In this document: piece by piece, positions 39,358 to 48,196 of the stretch
Position numbering within the stretch: the stretch's first letter is position 1
Layout: each line of letters begins with the position of its first letter
NCBI GenBank assembly: GCA_963716985.1
Contig: OY970323.1
Location: 1,664,001 to 1,728,000, forward strand
DNA from: an uncultured bacterium
Lineage (GTDB): Bacteria; Chlamydiota; Chlamydiia; Chlamydiales; SM23-39
DNA length: 64,000 bases
Direction of reading: 5' to 3'
Made by a program: the position numbers and the translations under genes
Notes under the pieces: model-generated
What the model was told of the DNA's origin: nothing
Database searches by the model: none
The model's input: the letters and a program-made list of their open reading frames with translations, nothing else

Positions 39358-40572
39358 GTGCAGCCAAACATCTATTCCTTTCAAGAGCATTTGATCCCCC
39401 CCGAGAAGATCGACTCTCATGCCTTCTACGTGATCGAAAAACTGAGAAATGCAGGTTTTTTGGCCTATCTTGTCGGAGGAAGCGTTCGCGACCTTCTTCT
39501 AAACGTGCGTCCCAAAGATTTTGACATCTCTACCTCGGCCAAACCCGAAGAGATCAAGCACCTTTTTCGAGGAAACTGCATTTTGATCGGCAGAAGATTC
39601 CGACTCGCCCACGTGCGCTTCGGAAAAAAAGTCTTAGAAGTTTCTACTTTCCGAGCGGGAGATATCGAATCCGAAGCTCTCGTCCTTCGAGACAACATCT
39701 GGGGCTCCCCGCAAGAAGATGCTCTACGGCGCGACTTTACCATCAACGGACTCTTTTATGATCCACAAAGCCAGAACGTTATTGATTATGTCAATGGCTT
39801 TGATGATGCCAAAAAGAAAATATTGCGCACCATCGGCAACCCTCGGCTCCGTTTCATCCAAGACCCCGTACGCATGATCCGCCTGCTCAAATTTCATGCC
39901 CGATTTGGATTTGCAATCGATGCGGAAACGCAAGCTGCTTTAAGTGAATGCAGAGAGGAGATCAAAAAAAGCTCTCCTGCAAGAATTTTCGAAGAGCTTT
40001 TGCGGATGCTGGAATCGGGCCATTCAAAACAATTCTTCCATCTTTTGCAAAACCAAGGACTTTTATCCCTTCTTTTGCCCAAACTCTCTCTTGTTGTCGA
40101 AAGGGAAAAAACCATCTACGATTATTTACATCAAGCCGATCTTTTAACCAGCAAACATTTTCCCCGCCTTCCCGACAGATCCATTCTTCTCTCATGCCTG
40201 CTCTTCTCCTCTTTGGATAAGAAAATCCACCACCTCACGCAAAAAAGCCCAAAGCTTCATCTGGGCATCATCGCGGAGGAGGCGAAAGAAATGATCCATG
40301 ATTTTTTCCTCCCCCTTTTCCAACTCTCCCGCAACATGAAAGGAATGGTTGTCTCAATCCTCACCCACCAATTTCGTTTGACTCCCCCCTTCGAGATAAA
40401 AAACAGACGCGTGCGCATTCCCTCCGACCCTGCATTTTCTCTCGCACTTCAATTCTTCAATATCCGCTGCATGCTCAATGAACAGCTCCTCCCTACCTTC
40501 ACCCTCTGGAATGAACATCTCATGAGATTTCATAAAATGCACTCGCAAGAAAAAATCGTCCGGCGCCGATGA
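39358..40572 (+). CDS. pcnB: Poly(A) polymerase I
   Basis: VGGSVRDLLL..PKDFD, LIGRRFRLAHVRFG signature, RRDFTIN, DPVRMIR. Confidence 0.95.
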   Translation: MQPNIYSFQEHLIPPEKIDSHAFYVIEKLRNAGFLAYLVGGSVRDLLLNVRPKDFDISTSAKPEEIKHLFRGNCILIGRRFRLAHVRFGKKVLEVSTFRAGDIESEALVLRDNIWGSPQEDALRRDFTINGLFYDPQSQNVIDYVNGFDDAKKKILRTIGNPRLRFIQDPVRMIRLLKFHARFGFAIDAETQAALSECREEIKKSSPARIFEELLRMLESGHSKQFFHLLQNQGLLSLLLPKLSLVVEREKTIYDYLHQADLLTSKHFPRLPDRSILLSCLLFSSLDKKIHHLTQKSPKLHLGIIAEEAKEMIHDFFLPLFQLSRNMKGMVVSILTHQFRLTPPFEIKNRRVRIPSDPAFSLALQFFNIRCMLNEQLLPTFTLWNEHLMRFHKMHSQEKIVRRR

Positions 40573-41342
40573 AAATCAAAGCGCTCAGCCTTCCCCTTCC
40601 GTCCCCTTTACATTTCTTCTATACGGGGCCCGACATCTCCGAAGGAGAGCTACCTGCATTTGTCTATTTTGGCGGCTCGGGAAAGGACTCCCTCTGTCTT
40701 GCCCCTTTCAACGGACCCACTCCTTTTTTAAAAGATCAAGCCCTTCGCGTCATCTCCTGCGATCTGCCCTTTCACTCATCTCCTCCCTATGACGCGGCCA
40801 TTTTGCTTTGGGCAGAAGAGATGAAAAAAGGCAACGATTGCATCTCTCCTTTTTTAGATCAAGTGGTGGAGAGCATCCATCTTTGCATCGATCGAAAGAT
40901 CATCAATCCAAAAAAATTGGCCGTGGGCGGACTTTCAAGAGGCGGCTGGATCGCCTCTCTTGTAGCAGCTAAAGAGCCTCTTTTCTCCCATATTTTATCC
41001 TTCGCTCCCCTGATCGATCCTCTCTATTTAGAAACGTTTCGGGGCCTTGAAAAAAGCCCCATACTCTCCTCTTTGAATCTTTTTTCCCACATCGAAAAAC
41101 TCTTCTTACGCCATATACGCTTTTACATCGGCAATCGCGATCACCGCGTGAGCACAAAAATCGCATTTTCCTTTTTGGAAGATCTGACCGATGCAGCTTT
41201 TGCACACAACATCCGCTCGCCTCCAATCGAAATGATCATGACCCCATCCATCGGAATGCTAGGACATGGGACGCCTCAGACCTCCTTTCAAGAAGGCGCC
41301 CTCTGGCTCGTCCAACAATTTCTACATCGAGAACACTCATGA
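40569..41342 (+). CDS. Alpha/beta hydrolase
   Basis: GLSRGG nucleophile elbow, GNRD, GH near the C-terminus. Confidence 0.8.
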   Translation: MKIKALSLPLPSPLHFFYTGPDISEGELPAFVYFGGSGKDSLCLAPFNGPTPFLKDQALRVISCDLPFHSSPPYDAAILLWAEEMKKGNDCISPFLDQVVESIHLCIDRKIINPKKLAVGGLSRGGWIASLVAAKEPLFSHILSFAPLIDPLYLETFRGLEKSPILSSLNLFSHIEKLFLRHIRFYIGNRDHRVSTKIAFSFLEDLTDAAFAHNIRSPPIEMIMTPSIGMLGHGTPQTSFQEGALWLVQQFLHREHS

Positions 41343-42523
41343 GCACATCTGATCTTTTTGTCTTTGCGGGAGAGGCAAGCGGAGATCTTTATGGAAAAGA
41401 GCTCGTTCGCTCCCTCAAAAAAGAAAATAAAACCCTTCGCATCTTTGGAGTTGCAGGTCCTTTGATGCGGCAAGAGGGGGTTGAGACGCTTCTTGAGATG
41501 GAAGAGTTTCAGGTGATTGGCTTTTTCGATGTGCTTATCTGTTTGCCAAAGCTCATCAAAAAGTTTTATTTTTTAAGAAGAGAAATACTCAAAAGAAACC
41601 CGTCAATCGCGCTCTTTATCGACTATCCCGGTTTTTGCCTTCGCCAAGAGCGCAGTTTACGAAAAAAAGGATATCAGGGCACCATCGTTCACGCGATTGC
41701 TCCCACCGTTTGGGCATGGGGGAAAAAACGGATCTCTTTAATAGAAAAAAACGTGGATATCCTCTTAACGCTCTTTCCTTTTGAAAAGGAGCTTTTCCCA
41801 ACAAGCTCTTTGCAAGTGGAATATGTGGGCCACCCCTTGGAAAAAAAAATTCCTCCTCAAGGACGCAAAAAAACGGGACAAAAAAAATTCATCGGGATAT
41901 TTCCGGGCAGCCGCAAAAAAGAGATCTTGAGAAACATTCCCTTTCAACTCGATGCAATACGCCATCTTTTTCAAAAAGATCCGTCTCTTTCCTTCTACAT
42001 TTCACTCGCACATCCGGAATGCTCCCCTCTCATTTTTTCACTCGCAGCAGATCTCAAAAAAGAGCTGAAAGAGCATCTGCTTTTTCTCTCTTTGGACGAG
42101 AAGGAACAGATGATGGGGAAAACCCTTTTTGCAATCGCCAAGTCGGGAACGATCACGCTAGAGCTCGCACTTCATGAGATCCCCTGCATTGTGATCTATG
42201 CCATTACGGCTTTAGATCTTTTTTTGGTCCGCTATCTATTGCGCATCAATCTTCCCCATTACTGCATCGTGAACATCCTCATGAAAAAAGAGATCTTTCC
42301 TGAGCTCTACGGACCCAATCTCACGCACAAAAATCTTCATTTTCAGGCCGAAGAATTTTTACAAAAAAAAGATCTTCTCCAAGAAAAAGTCAAAGAGTGC
42401 CGAACAATGCGGCTTCATCTAACAAAAGAAAACGAACCTCAAGATGCGGCTCAAGCGATTCTTTCTCTATCACGAAAATCCAAGCTCAGTCATTTTTCTT
42501 GTGATAAACAAACCCAGCGATAA
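41339..42523 (+). CDS. lpxB: Lipid-A-disaccharide synthase
   Basis: AGEASGDLYG, IDYPGF, PTVWAW, FPFE, VGHP, PGSR, SGTITLE. Confidence 0.96.
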   Translation: MSTSDLFVFAGEASGDLYGKELVRSLKKENKTLRIFGVAGPLMRQEGVETLLEMEEFQVIGFFDVLICLPKLIKKFYFLRREILKRNPSIALFIDYPGFCLRQERSLRKKGYQGTIVHAIAPTVWAWGKKRISLIEKNVDILLTLFPFEKELFPTSSLQVEYVGHPLEKKIPPQGRKKTGQKKFIGIFPGSRKKEILRNIPFQLDAIRHLFQKDPSLSFYISLAHPECSPLIFSLAADLKKELKEHLLFLSLDEKEQMMGKTLFAIAKSGTITLELALHEIPCIVIYAITALDLFLVRYLLRINLPHYCIVNILMKKEIFPELYGPNLTHKNLHFQAEEFLQKKDLLQEKVKECRTMRLHLTKENEPQDAAQAILSLSRKSKLSHFSCDKQTQR

Positions 42524-42854
42524 TCGAAGAAAGAGGAAAAGAACATACCAACAACTTGATTCCCAAATCTCTTGAAATTGGGAAAAGAAAGGACAAAACT
42601 GCCAATATTGGCCAAACCAATACGCGTATCAATAAAGATAAAGAAGTTCTGTTGTTCTCCACCTCTATTTTTTTATCTACAATTGACTTTTCTCTCATAG
42701 CATATATAAATAATGAGAGAGTTACTAATCCTAAACATGCAATTGCAATTACATTCAGTTTTGAAATTTCTTTTTTAAATGGTTGCGCATCATCAGTAAA
42801 GATAGAAGGAGTATCAAAAATCGATCTTGCAACAGAGCTTAAGCTTGGCAACAT
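42486..42854 (-). CDS. Hypothetical membrane protein (Inc-like)
   Basis: AT-rich 122-aa ORF with three hydrophobic segments; start codon uncertain. Confidence 0.55.
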   Translation of the reverse strand: MLPSLSSVARSIFDTPSIFTDDAQPFKKEISKLNVIAIACLGLVTLSLFIYAMREKSIVDKKIEVENNRTSLSLLIRVLVWPILAVLSFLFPISRDLGIKLLVCSFPLSSIIAGFVYHKKND

Positions 42855-42965
42855 ACAAATTCCTCTTTTTGTGTAATTTTTTTTGAAGCGTTTGCATAAA
42901 ACATAAAAAGCATCATCTCATGTTTAAGGCCTGAAGCCGCTTTTCACTTTGTTCAGCTGAATATC

Positions 42966-43361
42966 TCAATAAACTGCTGCATAAACTGCTAACGACAAAA
43001 AAGACAAACCAATCACGGCGCTAATTCTCTCTAACCAAAAATCTCGATAACATACAGATGAATATAAATCTTTTCCACAGGTGAAAGATCTGCTTATTCC
43101 AAAAGCAACAAATCCAATAACACCAAAAGCAGCAAAACCCAAATTGAGTAAAATTTTACCGACCTTTCCCATTGTTTCATTCGCTGCGTCCGAGCGGGCT
43201 GTCTCCCACCTCCAAGAGACATAAGTTTTACAACCCAAAACTCCCAAAACCGCTCCCCAAGGCCCCCCTGTCAAAAAACCAAATGTAGCCCCTCCAGCAA
43301 CACCTATGCATGTTTCAATTGTTTCTCCAAAAAATCCTAAAGTTGGTTGCGCAGCGCTCAT
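42966..43361 (-). CDS. Hypothetical membrane protein (glycine-zipper/Inc-like)
   Basis: 131 aa after AGGAGG; GVAGGATFGFLTGGPWGAVLG plus two further TM segments. Confidence 0.65.
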   Translation of the reverse strand: MSAAQPTLGFFGETIETCIGVAGGATFGFLTGGPWGAVLGVLGCKTYVSWRWETARSDAANETMGKVGKILLNLGFAAFGVIGFVAFGISRSFTCGKDLYSSVCYRDFWLERISAVIGLSFLSLAVYAAVY

Positions 43362-43501
43362 TTTTTACCCTCCTGATAAAAAATAAAAGGAATTTTAGGC
43401 ATACTAACTATTTTAATCAATCTCAGTTTTTTAGATGAAAAAGGCTTTTTCGTAAGTGTTCACGCGATGTTGTCAACTTCAGGGGGCCTTGTCCCTTATA
43501 C

Positions 43502-43671
43502 CTGATCGTTACCCATAAGTCCTATTTTCATCCGGGAAAACGTATTACGCACCCGGTTTTACGAGAAAAACAGGGGTGGCGGCTGATGTAAAAATATCGA
43601 TCGTTTTGACGTTTCATGTGTCTAGATCGAAGTCGTTGAACATAGGTCTCAAACTTATGGATAACGATTAG
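43502..43671. mobile_element. 170-bp MITE with 20-bp imperfect TIRs
   Basis: CTGATCGTTACCCATAAGTC ... AACTTATGGATAACGATTAG, flanked by CCCTTATAC / CCCTTATAT direct repeats. Confidence 0.8.
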
Positions 43672-43709
43672 CCCTTATATACCAACAAAGGACGCAGTCT
43701 TTTGGAAAT

Positions 43710-43860
43710 CTAACTTTGGGTTTCCAAAGGGAATACCTTTTGAGGATCGAGTAAGAGGGGGTTTTAAAGCCCTCGTCAGTCAGTCGAAAACTGACCGAAA
43801 AGGCGAACAAAGCCGAGCTTTCATCTACACCACAAGGCTGGTGATGTTCCGCTCATCTTG
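43710..43860 (-). mobile_element. Probable IS200/IS605 end remnant (hairpin cluster)
   Basis: Minus strand TTTAT|CAAGATGAGCGGAACATCACCAGCCTTGTGGTGTAGATGAAAGCTC resembles IS605 left ends and is followed by several short hairpins. Confidence 0.45.
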
Positions 43861-43944
43861 ATAAAAAAAGTCAAAGAAAACTTTCAGAGTGGATTAAAAT
43901 GAGATTTTATCATAAATTTAAACCACTTTTGCAATGAGTTTTCT

Positions 43945-44403
43945 ATGGCATCTGTTTTCAAAATTTCTCTAGACTCCCTCAAAGAGGGAGAGCAGCTGCT
44001 CATCAACGAAACACTCTCTTGCGATTTTTTGGATGTTCACGAAGAGGATCTTCGGTTCCGAGAGACGGTTTTGGTGCAAGGGAAAGCCTCCCGAGCAGAC
44101 AATCATATCTTGTTGGATATCAACGTTCAATGCATAGCCCTTCTCCCCTGTGCTATCTGTAATGAATGGACGGAGTTTCCGCTCTCCTTGGAGCATCTTC
44201 AGATCGTAGAAGAAATAAAAGAATCAAGGGATCGTTTTTTCGACTGCACGGAAAATCTACGCGAGCTCATTCTTCTGGATGTGCCCCAATTTACCGAATG
44301 CCACAGCGGCTCTTGCCCAGAAAGAAAAAATATGGAATGCTATTGCAAACAATCAACGGAAAAGAAAATTCCAGAGTATTTTCCTTTCGAACAGTTAAAA
44401 TAA
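43945..44403 (+). CDS. YceD/DUF177-family protein
   Basis: LPCAICNE, LRELILLDVP...C...C; directly upstream of rpmF. Confidence 0.85.
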   Translation: MASVFKISLDSLKEGEQLLINETLSCDFLDVHEEDLRFRETVLVQGKASRADNHILLDINVQCIALLPCAICNEWTEFPLSLEHLQIVEEIKESRDRFFDCTENLRELILLDVPQFTECHSGSCPERKNMECYCKQSTEKKIPEYFPFEQLK

Positions 44404-44421
44404 ATTTTTAAGGAGTAAAAA

Positions 44422-44613
44422 ATGGCAGTCCCACGTAACCGCCACTCGAATGCGAGAAAGAATTCCAAACGATCGCATATGGCAAAAAAACCAAAAACTA
44501 CGACCAGATGTCCCAATTGCAAAAATCCGATCCTTCCCCATCGCCTCTGTCCCTCTTGCGGATATTATGCCAATCGCGCCATCCTCCCTTCTCATGAATC
44601 AAAAGAATCGTAA
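44422..44613 (+). CDS. rpmF: 50S ribosomal protein L32
   Basis: MAVPRNRHSNARKNSKRSH..CPNC...LPHRLCPSCGYY. Confidence 0.97.
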   Translation: MAVPRNRHSNARKNSKRSHMAKKPKTTTRCPNCKNPILPHRLCPSCGYYANRAILPSHESKES

Positions 44614-45550
44614 GATCGGGATCGATCTTTTGGGAGGCGAAAAACCTCCCGACGAGCTTTTTTCTGCTTTTGTGGAATGGAACTGTCGGCTCAACAAAGA
44701 GATTTCCTTTCTTCTTTTGGCAAGAGAGGAGCAATGCGCGTCTTTTAAAAAATTTGCAACCCCTTCTCTTTCATTTTTCCCCGTAAAGGAAACCATCGGC
44801 CTGGAGGAAAACCCTCTGTTTGCCATCCGCAAAAAGAAAGAGTCTTCGATTGCCCTGGGGATGCGTCTTCTCAAGGAAAAGAAAATCGACGCACTTGTTT
44901 CCTTAGGGAATACGGGAGCTCTTGTCGCTTCTGCTTCCATGGAACTGCCCATGAAGCAAGCGCACCGGCCCGCCCTGATGGCCCTGCTGCCCACCAAAAA
45001 GTCTCCGTTTGCCCTGATTGACGTCGGGGCTAATGTGTCCGTGAAAGCGCGCGAGCTGAAAGAGTTCGCTCTCATGGGGTCTGCTCTTCAAAAATTCCAA
45101 GGAGTTGACCGTCCAAGGGTGGGCCTTCTCAACATCGGATCTGAAGCCGTCAAAGGAACCAAAGAGATCCAAGAAGCGTTTCGAGAAATCGAAAAGATTT
45201 CTCAAGAAAAGGAGTTTTCCTTTGCCGGGAACATAGAGGCAAAAGAAGTTTTTGAGGGAGGCGTAGATGTCCTTGTCGCGGATGGTTTTGCCGGGAACGT
45301 TCTTTTAAAAACCGCAGAAGGTTTTTCTTCCCTCGTGATGGATTTATTAAAAAAACACCCCGCGTTTTCAGAGGTCCAAAAATTTCTTTCCTACGCAGAA
45401 TATGGAGGAGCTCTTCTTCTGGGAGTGGAGGGACTGGTCATCAAGTGCCATAGCTACTCCTCTCCAAACGCTTTTCTTTCGGCAATCCAAATGGCCATAA
45501 AATGGAGTCAAAGGGACTTTCCCTCCTTTTTAAGAGAGTATTTATCTTAA
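44594..45550 (+). CDS. plsX: Phosphate acyltransferase PlsX
   Basis: IGIDLLGGE, GNTGAL, DVGANV, GLLNIGSE..KG, GNIE, DGFAGNV.LK, YGGALLLG, KCH. Confidence 0.95.
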   Translation: MNQKNRKIGIDLLGGEKPPDELFSAFVEWNCRLNKEISFLLLAREEQCASFKKFATPSLSFFPVKETIGLEENPLFAIRKKKESSIALGMRLLKEKKIDALVSLGNTGALVASASMELPMKQAHRPALMALLPTKKSPFALIDVGANVSVKARELKEFALMGSALQKFQGVDRPRVGLLNIGSEAVKGTKEIQEAFREIEKISQEKEFSFAGNIEAKEVFEGGVDVLVADGFAGNVLLKTAEGFSSLVMDLLKKHPAFSEVQKFLSYAEYGGALLLGVEGLVIKCHSYSSPNAFLSAIQMAIKWSQRDFPSFLREYLS

Positions 45551-45621
45551 AGAAAAGTTTTTTCCTAGAAAATGATTCTAAATTTGTTATGATAAAAGAT
45601 TGACAATTTACCGGTTTTTTT

Positions 45622-47166
45622 ATGCAAGAAATCCTTCTTAACATCGAGTCCAAAGAAATTCGCTACGCCTACCTCAAACACGGCAAGCTAGAGGATGTGA
45701 TCGTCGAAAGAAAAAAATCACGTCAGATCACTGGAAATATCTACCGTGGAAAGGTCACCAATATCCTGCACAATATCCAATCCGCCTTCATCGACATTAA
45801 CGAAGAAGAAAATGGATTCATCCATATCAGCGACATTCTGGAAAACACAAGAAAATTCGAAGAAATGTTTGACATGGACTTCGACCTCGACCAACGTCCG
45901 GAAAAAAAACAAAGCAGTGGCACGACAAGCGGAGATATCAATAAAATCTTAAAACCCAATCAACCCGTATTAGTGCAGGTGGTCAAAGAACCCATCGGCA
46001 CGAAAGGAGCCAGGCTGACTTCCAATATTTCTATTGCCGGCCGCTATCTCGTCTTTCTGCCCAATACTCCTCACCGGGGAGTTTCTCGAAAAATCGAAGA
46101 TCGAACAAGCCGCGAGCGTTTGAAAAAAATGATCCGTTCCTTCGAAATGCCGGGAGATATGGGGCTCATCTGCCGCACGTCGAGCGTGCATGCAACTCCC
46201 GAAATGCTCATCGCCGAAGCGACAGATCTCTTGCATACCTGGCAAACGGTGGTCGAAAAATTCCACGAGTCTACAGGGCCTACTTGCCTTTATGAAGAAT
46301 CCGATCTCATTAAAAGAGCCGTGCTCACATCGGTGGATAAAAAATATGAACGTCTTCTTGTGGATGATTACGCCGTCTTCCAACGCTGCAAACGGATCTA
46401 TCAAAAGTATGAACTAGAACATCCCTTAAAAATCGAATTCTATCGCGATAAGATTCCCATGTTCGAGCGTTTCAACGTTGAAAGAGAGATCGAAAAAGCC
46501 ATGAAGAGAAAAATCTGGCTTCCGAGCGGCGGATATCTATTTTTCGACAAAACAGAAGCCATGTACACGATTGACGTAAACTCCGGAAAGAGCGGTTCTT
46601 CTTCCTCAAGCGGAAACGTGGAAGAGTCGCTCGTTCGCATCAACCTGGAAGCGGCAGAAGAAATTGCAAGGCAGCTGCGTCTGCGCAACATTGGAGGGCT
46701 CATCATTTGCGACTTCATCGACATGCGCTATCGAAAAAATCAAAAACGCGTATTGGAAAGGCTCAGGGAAAACATGAAAGAAGACTCTGCCAAATGCACG
46801 ATTTTGGGGATGAGCGAATTTGGCCTGGTCGAAATGACAAGACAGAGAAACAGGGAATCTCTTATGCAGACCATTTTGACTGCCTGCCCCTATTGCAACG
46901 GTCTTGGATCGATCAAAAGCGCGGAGAGTATTTCCATCGAAATTGAGCGATCTTTGAAGAGGCTTCTTCATTCGCAAGAGGATTTAGAGGTCAAGGTCGT
47001 TGTCCACCCGGACATGCGGCGCTATCTGCAAATCGACGATCATGACTATTTGCAAACGCTTTTGAAAAAAAACCGCTGCCGTCTGGAATTTGAAACGAAC
47101 GATTCGATTCACTTAAATGATTTTACCCTCTTCTCCAAACAACTCAACCAAAAGATAGATGCCTAA
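45622..47166 (+). CDS. rng: Ribonuclease E/G family
   Basis: GNIYRGKV, VQVVKEPIGTKGARLT, IDVNSG, RQLRLRNIGGLIICDFIDM, GLVEMTRQR, CPYCNG. Confidence 0.95.
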   Translation: MQEILLNIESKEIRYAYLKHGKLEDVIVERKKSRQITGNIYRGKVTNILHNIQSAFIDINEEENGFIHISDILENTRKFEEMFDMDFDLDQRPEKKQSSGTTSGDINKILKPNQPVLVQVVKEPIGTKGARLTSNISIAGRYLVFLPNTPHRGVSRKIEDRTSRERLKKMIRSFEMPGDMGLICRTSSVHATPEMLIAEATDLLHTWQTVVEKFHESTGPTCLYEESDLIKRAVLTSVDKKYERLLVDDYAVFQRCKRIYQKYELEHPLKIEFYRDKIPMFERFNVEREIEKAMKRKIWLPSGGYLFFDKTEAMYTIDVNSGKSGSSSSSGNVEESLVRINLEAAEEIARQLRLRNIGGLIICDFIDMRYRKNQKRVLERLRENMKEDSAKCTILGMSEFGLVEMTRQRNRESLMQTILTACPYCNGLGSIKSAESISIEIERSLKRLLHSQEDLEVKVVVHPDMRRYLQIDDHDYLQTLLKKNRCRLEFETNDSIHLNDFTLFSKQLNQKIDA

Positions 47167-48196
47167 CATTCAAGAGAAAGAATTATTCGAATTGTTGGAC
47201 CGTTCCCTGAAAAAAGGAGTACTGCCGGGAAAAACCCATCGCATTCTTCTGGAATTTTATGACTGCTACAAAAAGGCTGCGCTCATGGCCGGCTCTAGCG
47301 AAAAAATTTTCATCCCTCTTTTTTTTACCTACGTCCAGCTCATCATCGAACAGTTCCACTCCCCTTTTTCCTTCTCCCCTTATCATGAAAAAATTCGCTC
47401 TCCGTTTGATTATTATCGCTTTGGGCTCGATTTCCTTCGGCCCATTGTGGACCTGCACCGCTCCACACTACTTGGAGACCGCTCTTTGAATGAGATCTCC
47501 TCCTATCTCAAGAAAGGGGAAAACGTCGTCTTTTTCGCCAACCACCAGGTAGAGCCCGATCCGCAAATCATGAGCCTTCTCTTGGAAAAAAAATATCCAA
47601 CGCTTGCCGAAGAGATTATTTTTGTTGCCGGAGAGCGCGTGCTGATCGATCCCTTGGCAATCCCCTTAAGCATGGGGCGCAACCTCTTATGCATCTATTC
47701 GAAAAAACATATCGACTACCCCCCCGAGTGCAAACTCCAAAAGCAGCTCCATAACAAGCGCACGATGAAAAAAATGAGCGCTCTTCTCTCCGAGGGAGGA
47801 AAGGCGATTTTCGTAGCACCGAGCGGAGGAAGAGACCGCCCCGATGAATCGGGCAAGATTGAAGTCGCTCCCTTTGACCCCAGCAGCATCGAGATGTTTT
47901 ATTTGATGGCAGAAAAAGCCAAAAAGCCGACGCATTTCTATCCTTTGGCGCTACTCACCTATGATATTTTACCGCCGCCCCCCTCTCTCGAAAGGGAAAC
48001 GGGAGAGAGAAGGATCACCCAATATGCCCCGGCCCATATGGCTGTGGGCAAAGAAATCGATATGGCCTCATTTCCCGGAAATGAGGGCCAAAATAAAGAG
48101 ATTAAAAGAAAAAACCGCGCCGATTATATTTATTCTCTTGTCGTAAAAGATTACAAAAAACTTTGTTCTAAAAATAAAAAAAGGGCCCCTTTATGA
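47159..48196 (+). CDS. plsB: Glycerol-3-phosphate acyltransferase, plastid (ATS1)-like chlamydial type
   Basis: PFDYYRFG, NHQVEPDP, AGERV..DPL..P.SMGRNLLCIYSKKH, APSGGRDRP. Confidence 0.9.
   Translation: MPNIQEKELFELLDRSLKKGVLPGKTHRILLEFYDCYKKAALMAGSSEKIFIPLFFTYVQLIIEQFHSPFSFSPYHEKIRSPFDYYRFGLDFLRPIVDLHRSTLLGDRSLNEISSYLKKGENVVFFANHQVEPDPQIMSLLLEKKYPTLAEEIIFVAGERVLIDPLAIPLSMGRNLLCIYSKKHIDYPPECKLQKQLHNKRTMKKMSALLSEGGKAIFVAPSGGRDRPDESGKIEVAPFDPSSIEMFYLMAEKAKKPTHFYPLALLTYDILPPPPSLERETGERRITQYAPAHMAVGKEIDMASFPGNEGQNKEIKRKNRADYIYSLVVKDYKKLCSKNKKRAPL

Noticed and set aside
43452..43470. GTAAGTGTTCAC, resembling an IS66-like terminus
   Set aside because: No partner end or transposase fragment found nearby; too short to support.
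43472..43483. 12-nt match GTCAACTTCAGG shared with the omega-RNA element (5965-5976)
   Set aside because: Similarity does not extend on either side, so it is compatible with chance.
44450..44593. 48-aa N-terminal extension of PlsX
   Set aside because: It overlaps rpmF in another frame; homology starts near Met 44594.
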